Of a stretch of 64,000 nucleotides of DNA, positions 47,204-56,800 are shown piece after piece. A program made the translations under genes and the position numbers. Under the pieces are notes generated by a model that saw only the letters and a program-made list of their open reading frames with translations, was not told the DNA's origin and searched no databases. Within the stretch, counting starts at the first letter, position 1, and each line of letters begins with the position of its first letter. The DNA comes from a virus, in the IMG/VR virus record IMGVR_UViG_3300009529_002382, positions 4,137 through 68,136 of that record, one strand, 5' to 3'.

Positions 47204-50200
47204 TCAGTTAATAAGCGTAACTAACTGTTCGGAGAATTGAACCTTATGATCCAGCAGATCTTCTGGGATTATATGTTCAGATCCTTCTGGTACATTTGCT
47301 AATTGCAGATACCCTTTCACTGATGCCTGGATTTCTTCAGACGGAGCGTCTCGATGATAGTCAGCGACTTCGATTAAGACCTCAACGGATTGCCCCCTGT
47401 TCAAATACATATTAGATTGAAAAACATCAGTGGATATTTTGAGAAAGTTATTTCCTTTGCCGCTTAAAATTCCACCAGCAGCCATCAGATACTCACCAGC
47501 GAGCATAGACAGATATTCAGAATCTAATCCACTACGACCGAAATTCATACCGGTTTGTGTGTCTATTTGCCATTTTATTTCATCGAGGGGATGACCTTCT
47601 AATTCTTCTACCTTTTTCATATTGTTAATCGTTCCATCCCTACCGCCAATAAAGTAATGGGTTACAGATCCATTCACGATAGATGTTTGTGAAGAGAATT
47701 GCGGCATTTCGGAATATGTGGCTTCATCATCCATAGAAGAAATAATATCAGGGGTTATCCTATGCATGTACCCATCGGTTTTATATTCAAAAGTATCATC
47801 ATCACTATATACTCCACTAACTATAACGAATTTATCAATGGCATCCAGAATAGGAACGGGGAAAGCCCTCTTATACTCTGGCAATTCATCATCAGTAATA
47901 GGATCAGAATACGACCAACTATCCAAGGCAATGTCATAAACCAAAAATCTATCATTGTATTCTACCGATGAACCATCATCTGTTATTTTACGAATACCAC
48001 TATATATATAAATTCTATTGTTTGTAGCATCATGGACGGCAGTCCCACATGCTATAGCGTAGGATGCCCTTTCCGGTCCTCCCAAATCAATAGATGGCAT
48101 AGGCTCCAATTCATTCCACAAACCAGTAGTAGTATCATATCTCTCGACTCTATCGGTGATATACAGATTATGGTCCTCCGCATTATAATCAATTCCGCCA
48201 AATATGTAGATTGCCGATTCGCCAACACCGACATCAACGGACTGAGCCATCATGCGAGGATATCCCATGGCAGAATAACTGGTCCAAGTATCCGCATCAC
48301 CATCATATCCATCTACACTATTCAAAACCCTACTACCATTTATCCCTCCACATGCATAAACCGGTTGTCCAACAGTTGGATTTTTTCTTAACTGATGAAA
48401 AGCCCTACTATCGTTCATGGTCGCGACATTGATCCACGGTGCATCAACTAATTCAGTTCGTATCTCTGTTCTTTTGGTGAATATAGTCCTAACATTACTA
48501 GCATCTGTCAAATAGTCTTCAGCATCAGCAGAAATGTTGATACAAAATGTTTGAGTCCTCGAAACCTCTCTTTCTAGGTCATACGTTATAGTAAAATAGA
48601 CATCAGAATTAAAAGTTACACCAGATGGGATTGGCCGTAATTCAACACTGGCATAACTCCTTAAATTGTTACTGACATGACCTTCTATATCGTTGTAGGT
48701 CTCAACAACTGAATCCGCCACTCTTATAACATCTTCGCCATGGTTAATCACTGTTAAATTAATTTCAGTACCAACTGGCACAATATGCCCAGCAAACGAA
48801 ACATCTAATAGTATCTCGTTAATACTAGTCCCATTCATAACGAAACCATTTACAGATGATCCGGAGACTCTCCTATCGACCGGCCTAATTAGCAAAGGTT
48901 CTTTCGGTGCCAATACAGTAGGGATAATGCCAGTACTAACATTGCCTCCACCAAATAAAGAGATACTTACAGTACCATCCGGTCCATCATACAACGCGAC
49001 AGAAGAACCAGTAACTGAAATTTCATTTTGATATTTAATAATTGATGTTACACCTAAAGAATCAGAACAGGGGCTATTTTCTGGTCGTTCGAACCCGGTT
49101 TGACGATTTGTTGTCACTGCTGCTTTTCTGAAGAAAACATAAGTCTCTTCGCTATCAGACAAATTTACAAACGCACTACCGTAATCAATTGTTGCGTTAG
49201 TAGTATCAAGAACCCAATCCCCTACATACGGATCTACGTATTCAAGTACGTCACCCCAAATAATCTCCAACTCGGGATCATCTGTATTAATAAACACAGA
49301 CTGCCCTGGTTGCAACGCAATTAGTTCCTTGTTCAACGCACTTAAACAACTTCGAAAAGCATCTGAGTATTTTGTAGTAGAAGAATTTGGATCGTGCGAT
49401 ATTGTTAATTTTCCGTATCCTCTACCATCGGTCCAAAATTCTTGTTTATAATCCTCGAATTCCATCAATAGATACGATCCGGTAGTAGCACTTTTATCAA
49501 CGCTTAATGGCAAAAACTCTAGATTATGTTTTTTCTCAACAGAATAATTACCGTAAAAACAACTAACTTTTAACTCGTGTGTTTCATAGGTATAACTATC
49601 ACTGGATGTCTCGAATACAACTTTTTGTACAGGGCCTATATGAACACTATTTGTTACGCCATTACTAATATATGAGTAAACCCCATTTTGAGGAGGTGGA
49701 ACGTCTATATCCCGAGTACCATCATAGCTTATAGTTTTTTTACTGCCAACTCCTATTGGTGTCAATTCCCACTTTACAAGGATGTCATCAACAGCAGTGA
49801 TAGCACTGTTATCATCTGGGTGATCTGGGTCTATCAAATATACTGTAGCAAATTGTTCCGCAGTTTGTATCCCATCAGCAATTGGAATATTTGGAACGAC
49901 ATCAAGCTGCAAAGGAGAAGCGAATAAGACAATATGTCTTTTAACAAGGCTATAGCCACCCAACGTATACTTCACATAGACATATATTGTCTTACGAGAA
50001 TCTGGGGTAAGAATAGGAAGGTCCACATAAGAAACGGCTTTTTTACCGCCTGTAGGCAAGCCATTACTGTCAAGAACATCCTCATTAGCATTTACAACAC
50101 TAAGAGTCGTATCAGGTAGTAATACAACATTGCTAATGCCAGAATCAGTCGGCACGGCGTCCCTATCGCACCAATCGAATGAAGCCTCGCGAATCTGCAC

Positions 50201-53200
50201 GTCTATGGTCCCGCCGGATATTTGCCTACCCCTAAGACTCAAATAGACTCTGGTTGTATAATCTGAACTGGCACCAAGATATGACCCATTATATCGGGGA
50301 TAGTCATAAGTTGACTGTTGTAACGACTCTAGTGATTTAGAGCATCTTACGGTCACATATTTTCTATCTTTATTAGACATATACATAGCGAATGTATTTT
50401 TAAATCTTATGTATATAGGAGATGAAATATACCTGAACAAGTTAACGGTCTCATCATTCGGGTCTTTAATTGTAGCCATCATACGAACTTGTAAATCTAC
50501 ATATTCAATATCAGAACGTAATTCTTCGTTACGGCTATTAATATATATACTACCTTTTACCTCTCCGTTTTCCATCTTCTCTATAGCGTAATTATACATC
50601 TCAGTCAAAACCGGAATTGACATAGAAGTATTGCCAGCGAAATAATCAATACCAGCATCTTCTCCGTATCCATACGACGCATCAACTGACAACGATATTT
50701 CAAGATCGTCCCTCTCTATAATATCTCCGTTATCATCAATTATTTTCGCGTATAATGCGACCTTATCTGGGAAAAATACTTCGATAGTTCTAGAGGGTAA
50801 AACGTTGTTCCAAAAAATCTTTACCGAATTAGAATCTGTTATTTCATAAGAAGTACTCTCCACTTCCAACAAAGGGAAACTAGACATACTATCAGTCCCA
50901 TTCCCAGTTGCTTTCACCTGAGCGGATTCTGACCTTCGGCCATACTGGTCAATAAATACAACTGTGTAGTAGTAATCCTGGTCTGACACCACATCATGAT
51001 GTACATAAAAAGTTTCAGTTATATCTCCCTCAAAAAGTAATTCTCCATCATAACAATAGTCACCAGATGTTGGGAACCCGTCATTAGATGCGTAGATCCT
51101 TACAGCAACAGCCTCACGATAAGTCGTTTCATCAACTTCATCCCATGCTAGGTATATCTGCTGATTTCCCTCAAGAACACTGTTGATAGACGGGGTTGGC
51201 AACGTAGTAGACGATACGAAACCTAACGAGTCACGAGTCTCATCAGACATAGAAGGAATTACAGTCAGGATATTATGGCAATCATAGATATTACTATAAT
51301 TGCCGTATGAATTTTGAGTAAATACCCTTATGTTATATGTAGCACCAGTAACAAATTCATCCTTGTACGTCGTATAAAAACTACCTGGAGATACGGTTCG
51401 ATCACACACTATTTCTCCGTCATTTTCGTTAGATGGGGCAATAAATGGTCTAGACACTATTCTTAACGCATTATAACCAGGATTAGTAGGGATTGTCCCA
51501 CTGATAACAACAATCCTGTCTCCGTTATCTCGATCTAATTTAGTGTCCATTGGAGCATAATCCGAGATATAATCCAGATCTCTGGCAATATTATGGACAC
51601 TCATTTCACATATCTTTCCCCAGAAATACACACCGCCAATTCTATCATATCCAATATCTACGAACTTCAGAGAAGACACATCGGATTGCGGAGAAGCAAA
51701 TGTTCCGGATGTAATACCGTTGACATAAAAGGTCCCAACACCTGACGAGTCAATAACCACCGTAATATGGTTCCATTCGGCACGTGATACGGCAATAGTA
51801 GAAGTACCGACCGTCACACCTTTGACTATAAACAGAACTAATCCTGTAGCGTTTTGAATAGAAATCATCCACTCATTGACCGCAGCACTTTGTCTTGCAA
51901 TAACCGGTCTCTGTGTATCAAAGTTCAGGGGTTTAATCCATCCCATGACAGTAAATCCTCTTTGATAAATACATTGTGCGACCTCATCAGAAGACAAGGC
52001 AGTGCTTACTCCATTAAAATGTAATCCGGACGAACCGGATGGGACATCACTTTGATTTAGCCATCTTGGGATAGTCTCAGTACACAATAAATCAACATTC
52101 TCCGTAAAATCATATACTCTTCTATTATTGTACTCTATTTGATAATGTTCATCAAAATGCCACGCACTTTCAACATACTCATCTACTACGGGTCCAGACC
52201 CCTTCAAAACATTGGTTTGCAGTAGAGATAACCCAGGTGGAATGGTGGTGCCATTATGAGTTATTTGTAGGTCTTTACCCTCACTAAAGTTCCCGTCATT
52301 GTCAAAAGTAAAAACTTTATAATAATAGGTAGTTCCATGTGATAGACCGTCATTATACATACTCTCAGAAATGCCATCAAAAATTATATCGCCATCTATT
52401 GGATTCAATGGATAATGATCGGTATTTCTAACAACCCTAACACCATAAAAATGACTGGCACTATCACCGTATGCATCGGCACCGCACATCAAAGACGGAC
52501 TATCCAGGTCAGCTTCCGATCCAGCGGCAAACACCATTTCAAATGGTTGCCCTCCGAATGAGAATATACTATATCTGATATTTCCGGGATATACGCTGCT
52601 CAACTTCCTTATAAATCTTTCAGCGATATCATATCTAGTATCATCAGGGTCATTCCAAGCCATACTACCACTCTTATCAAATATCATATTTATAATCTTG
52701 GGATTCAATTCTAGTTGTATATCTTCTCCACCAGCATCATCTGCCACCACATCCATATTCATCAAATTACTAATTCCAGGAGTAAACTCGTTCACGCTGG
52801 TAGCGATTTCATCTGCTGGTGGGATTACTATCTTTTCGTTATATTCATCTAATGCATCATAGTCATTATATATTCTTAATGCGAAATTTTTATCACTGCG
52901 GATATACCAATAATCTAGAATGATTTCCGCCTCGCCTCTGAACATATAGTAATATCCATAATGAGGAATTGTATGAGGCGGCGGGTAATATTCAGATCCT
53001 CTACTTGTAACTTTAATTGCAGACGATCCACAAACATATTCATCAAAATTCTGTAATTCCCACAAAATGTATCTGTCATTGTTTGAACCAGCGGCAAACA
53101 GTACGATTGCATAACTATCAGGAAATGAAACCGCGTAACTCGGATCTAAGAAATTCAAATCGAAATTATACCATCCTTCTGTCAGGACATCAGTTAATGT

Positions 53201-53884
53201 AGTCTTGTAATCGTATATCATCAAAGGGTCGACAGGTCTATCATTATTATCAATAGTATACACTTCCGCATGGAGGGTTATGTAAGGAGAATCTGTGTAA
53301 CTAGGCCCCTCTCCAACGGGTACTGTTTCTAGTGTATTTGGGGCTATATAAATTTTGTCAATCGCAGAACCTTGCTGGAAGCATCTGATGCCCAGAAGCT
53401 TCGTATCTGTATCGCTAATTGTAATTGTAGTATTATACCATCTCCACGAAGTATCTGGAACGGCAGCGTCATTAATCTCAACCTCAAAAGTATCATCCAA
53501 GAATAGTTTTACGTTAAATGTACCTGTGATAGTACGAGCACGGATATACACGACATATACACCGACGTGTGCTGCGTCGGAACGTATCGGGTAATTAACC
53601 TGAGAATCATCGCCTAATCCAATAGATTCCAAATAGCCAGCACCGGTGTAGTCCAAAACATCTTCTAACGCCATCAGGGCATTTTCGTCTTGAACCAAAG
53701 TAGAAAAATTCAGAGAGTCAATCGTTGCTCCCCATAAATCAGCAGATGAGTCATAAACAGCAACATTGAAATAATCAACATTTGAACCTTCAGAAAAAGG
53801 TTTCAAATAGACTGAAGCTTTTGTTGGAATAAAAGCATCGAATACGTTGAACGCCTGTGATAATTTTACGCTATAATCTGACAT
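47204..53884 (-). CDS. Giant virion/tail-associated protein: vWA N-half, FN3-like, LamG and kelch repeats
   Basis: IFDKSGSMAWND (MIDAS), TTYYYKVF, FTVMGWIKP..WNHI..FYVNG (LamG), VYACGG/IYIFGG..VERYD..W (kelch). Confidence 0.8.
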   Translation of the reverse strand: MSDYSVKLSQAFNVFDAFIPTKASVYLKPFSEGSNVDYFNVAVYDSSADLWGATIDSLNFSTLVQDENALMALEDVLDYTGAGYLESIGLGDDSQVNYPIRSDAAHVGVYVVYIRARTITGTFNVKLFLDDTFEVEINDAAVPDTSWRWYNTTITISDTDTKLLGIRCFQQGSAIDKIYIAPNTLETVPVGEGPSYTDSPYITLHAEVYTIDNNDRPVDPLMIYDYKTTLTDVLTEGWYNFDLNFLDPSYAVSFPDSYAIVLFAAGSNNDRYILWELQNFDEYVCGSSAIKVTSRGSEYYPPPHTIPHYGYYYMFRGEAEIILDYWYIRSDKNFALRIYNDYDALDEYNEKIVIPPADEIATSVNEFTPGISNLMNMDVVADDAGGEDIQLELNPKIINMIFDKSGSMAWNDPDDTRYDIAERFIRKLSSVYPGNIRYSIFSFGGQPFEMVFAAGSEADLDSPSLMCGADAYGDSASHFYGVRVVRNTDHYPLNPIDGDIIFDGISESMYNDGLSHGTTYYYKVFTFDNDGNFSEGKDLQITHNGTTIPPGLSLLQTNVLKGSGPVVDEYVESAWHFDEHYQIEYNNRRVYDFTENVDLLCTETIPRWLNQSDVPSGSSGLHFNGVSTALSSDEVAQCIYQRGFTVMGWIKPLNFDTQRPVIARQSAAVNEWMISIQNATGLVLFIVKGVTVGTSTIAVSRAEWNHITVVIDSSGVGTFYVNGITSGTFASPQSDVSSLKFVDIGYDRIGGVYFWGKICEMSVHNIARDLDYISDYAPMDTKLDRDNGDRIVVISGTIPTNPGYNALRIVSRPFIAPSNENDGEIVCDRTVSPGSFYTTYKDEFVTGATYNIRVFTQNSYGNYSNIYDCHNILTVIPSMSDETRDSLGFVSSTTLPTPSINSVLEGNQQIYLAWDEVDETTYREAVAVRIYASNDGFPTSGDYCYDGELLFEGDITETFYVHHDVVSDQDYYYTVVFIDQYGRRSESAQVKATGNGTDSMSSFPLLEVESTSYEITDSNSVKIFWNNVLPSRTIEVFFPDKVALYAKIIDDNGDIIERDDLEISLSVDASYGYGEDAGIDYFAGNTSMSIPVLTEMYNYAIEKMENGEVKGSIYINSRNEELRSDIEYVDLQVRMMATIKDPNDETVNLFRYISSPIYIRFKNTFAMYMSNKDRKYVTVRCSKSLESLQQSTYDYPRYNGSYLGASSDYTTRVYLSLRGRQISGGTIDVQIREASFDWCDRDAVPTDSGISNVVLLPDTTLSVVNANEDVLDSNGLPTGGKKAVSYVDLPILTPDSRKTIYVYVKYTLGGYSLVKRHIVLFASPLQLDVVPNIPIADGIQTAEQFATVYLIDPDHPDDNSAITAVDDILVKWELTPIGVGSKKTISYDGTRDIDVPPPQNGVYSYISNGVTNSVHIGPVQKVVFETSSDSYTYETHELKVSCFYGNYSVEKKHNLEFLPLSVDKSATTGSYLLMEFEDYKQEFWTDGRGYGKLTISHDPNSSTTKYSDAFRSCLSALNKELIALQPGQSVFINTDDPELEIIWGDVLEYVDPYVGDWVLDTTNATIDYGSAFVNLSDSEETYVFFRKAAVTTNRQTGFERPENSPCSDSLGVTSIIKYQNEISVTGSSVALYDGPDGTVSISLFGGGNVSTGIIPTVLAPKEPLLIRPVDRRVSGSSVNGFVMNGTSINEILLDVSFAGHIVPVGTEINLTVINHGEDVIRVADSVVETYNDIEGHVSNNLRSYASVELRPIPSGVTFNSDVYFTITYDLEREVSRTQTFCINISADAEDYLTDASNVRTIFTKRTEIRTELVDAPWINVATMNDSRAFHQLRKNPTVGQPVYACGGINGSRVLNSVDGYDGDADTWTSYSAMGYPRMMAQSVDVGVGESAIYIFGGIDYNAEDHNLYITDRVERYDTTTGLWNELEPMPSIDLGGPERASYAIACGTAVHDATNNRIYIYSGIRKITDDGSSVEYNDRFLVYDIALDSWSYSDPITDDELPEYKRAFPVPILDAIDKFVIVSGVYSDDDTFEYKTDGYMHRITPDIISSMDDEATYSEMPQFSSQTSIVNGSVTHYFIGGRDGTINNMKKVEELEGHPLDEIKWQIDTQTGMNFGRSGLDSEYLSMLAGEYLMAAGGILSGKGNNFLKISTDVFQSNMYLNRGQSVEVLIEVADYHRDAPSEEIQASVKGYLQLANVPEGSEHIIPEDLLDHKVQFSEQLVTLIN

Positions 53885-53890
53885 ATTGTT

Positions 53891-56800
53891 TTAAAAGGGT
53901 ACACCCGTGCTTATCTTTATCGGCATTGGCAAGTTAGAAACACGCAATAAACTATCATTACCAAACATCCAATACTTTCCATTTACATAAATTATTTTAT
54001 AAATAGAATCCATACCAGAGGCAGTTTTCGTTATTGTCCCTGAGCCTAAATCCCATGTATAATAATACCCATTTTTCCCGCCAGCAATATATTGGTTATT
54101 ATCAGAATTTGTAGCGATACTATTTATTTTTAGTTCGACTGAAACTTCAGTATTACCTTCCAAATCGATTAGGGTTGTTCCGAGAGAGTCGCCAAATCTG
54201 CTTGTGCCATCGTGTCTTAACCCCTTATTGGTTGGCAAAAATGCTAACGTATTCAGAATTTGTACTTGGGTCACGGTGACGCTGCCAAAACTGCCTTTTT
54301 CTGCCCACTGATATCCGTTTTCGCTATAATAAAGTTTATTCCCCGCTAAAGCAAAAACTCCCTTATCTGTGATAAATTGTTCAACATTGGACAACAAGGA
54401 AACTCGTTCCCAGTTATTATCACTATCGTATTTCCAAAAAATACCCTGATTGGTAGCAAACAACAGCATATTGTTAAAAGACCACATCCTTCTAAACAGT
54501 CCACTGAGCCCATAAACTTCCTGTTCAGCCCACGTCGTCCCATAATCACTACTTGCGTATAACCTCATATCCGTTAGCACATATAAGGTGCCGGAATAAA
54601 CAAATATGTCGTTAACATATTCGTTTTGGTTGTCATTAAAATTGATTGATGTAACATCCAAAGTATCTATGTCTATGGAAACCAACCCTCTGTTATACCC
54701 AACAAAGACTTTGCCAGATGCAGCATAATAATTAACGACCGTTGGATAGAAAAAACTCACTCCCAAATTAACACAATTAATTTGTTCAGAATAATCAACA
54801 GTTGAGTCCAATACACTATACCAGCTTCTATCAAAAGGAATATGGTATTTTGTTTGGAGCACAGGAACAGGATCTAAAATGGCGTCCCTCTCCAAAAACA
54901 ATCCTTCTTTCAACTCATTAACTTGGTTAACCTCAGACAACAGATAAGGCATACCAGAGTTGTATGTCTCAAATATATCTTCCAATTCTTTGTGGGTATA
55001 TGTCGTAGTCTCTGTTATTCCTATACCACTGATATCAACATACATCGTATCATATTTGTTATATCCTGTGTCAACAAAAGAGAATGAACCGTCAGAAGCG
55101 TTCGCAGTAATATTAGTCGTCAGGTTAGACGTGAAAGCAAAATCTGGCATTGTCTCTACAACAACAAAATCCCTGAGAAAGTCTTCTGCGATATCCGAAA
55201 GATACATAATATTGTCAACAACTAAATAACTGTGTGAGTCAATTGTTTTCAGATCTCCGTATATGACGTTCCCATATGCTTGTGAATAAGTTTTGTAGTA
55301 CCAATAAACACAATTTTCTACTGATGATTTCGTAGTTTCCCCTGTAGCCAAAGTTGCACCACCTAGAATTTCTGATAAACGAGTAACGGCATCATTATAT
55401 TCTACAACATAACTGTCAGCGATAGCGGCGTTAGAATTATCATCCGTAAAAGTATCAAATGATACAGCGTTCAATTGGTTAATAGGAGGATATCCATTAA
55501 CCAAGAAAGCTATTAAACCTGCTCTACCATATATCATGACATCCGCATCATAATTTTCATCTATCCATTTTCCATTCGTCGCTTTAAAATTAGAGTACTG
55601 ATTGGCTATAGTAACAGACGCCAAAGAACTGATTCTTCTGTCGAAATAGACAGTATTTTTAACTATATTGTAATAAAACCCTACAACTTGCTCTACGTCA
55701 TTTATGTATACAGTTGGTATTATAGTGCTACTCTGCTTATACAACAATTCGAATTCATCAAAGTCTGCACCGGCATAAACTCTCTCATCTGTTCCTATGT
55801 AGAGAATAGAACCGATTTCTTTCATCGCAGTGACTGGTGTAATTTTCGCGGAAAAATTAATAAGATAAAATGAATCGGTTTCAAAAGATATATCAGTATC
55901 AATATAGATATTATAATTATCATTGGATACCATTATGCCTTCATCGGTTGAAATCACTAACCTACCCTCAAATACCTCCATCTTACGAGCGATATCAGCA
56001 TCAAAATAGGCTATTTTTGTAAAGTTAGTGGCTGAATGATGCTTTCTCCATATCCCATAATCAGTCAATGCAAAAAAGTATCCACTATTTTCAACGAATG
56101 CCCAGACAGGTGCAGGCTCCTGTATTTCCTGAGTCAAATGCCATGAATCACCATCATTCGTACTCTGAAAAATACCGACTTCACTACTAATTACTAACCT
56201 GCTTTCATATGAATCATACAATATCCCATATGTATCCGTTGTCTGTCCGCTATAAAACGGTACTTCCTCCCACGTTAGTAGATCACCGAGAGAATCATTC
56301 TTCAATACGAATACTCCCAAGTCTGTGGTAATATACAAGTAGTCACCATCACTGGCAGCACTACGAACGATAGACACATTATCCAACCCATTAGTAGTCG
56401 CCCAACTATCTCCCGTATCACTAATATATACAACTCCGTTGGCTAATCCTAGATATTTGCCAACAACAGGATCATAGAACAAGGTATGAATTACATTATT
56501 GGTTGTTCTCAAATCACTCCAACTTTCCCCTTCATCCTCACTAATTAATAGGCCACGGCTTGTTGCGGCTATCAAATTCCCACTTAATATTTCTATGAAA
56601 TCATAAAAAGTAATAGAGTCCCCAATACTTTGTTCATTGGCCGTGTGATTATTTTGATAAAAATTATATGTGTAACCATTGGTAGTCTCAGTAGGAAGTT
56701 GTAATGGGATTAATCTTTCGTATCTTCTTGAATCGTGTGGAATACCGGGGAGAGTACCGGGATGCAATCTGCCAGACTCTGATTGAGAAGAATCAAAAGA

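Noticed and set aside
47204-47206. Genome-wide stop-codon reassignment (TGA as Gly/Trp, or TAG as Gln)
   Set aside because: Many conserved genes end cleanly at TGA in ATGA overlaps and others at TAG, and long ORFs are intact under code 11. The internal TGA is a local event.
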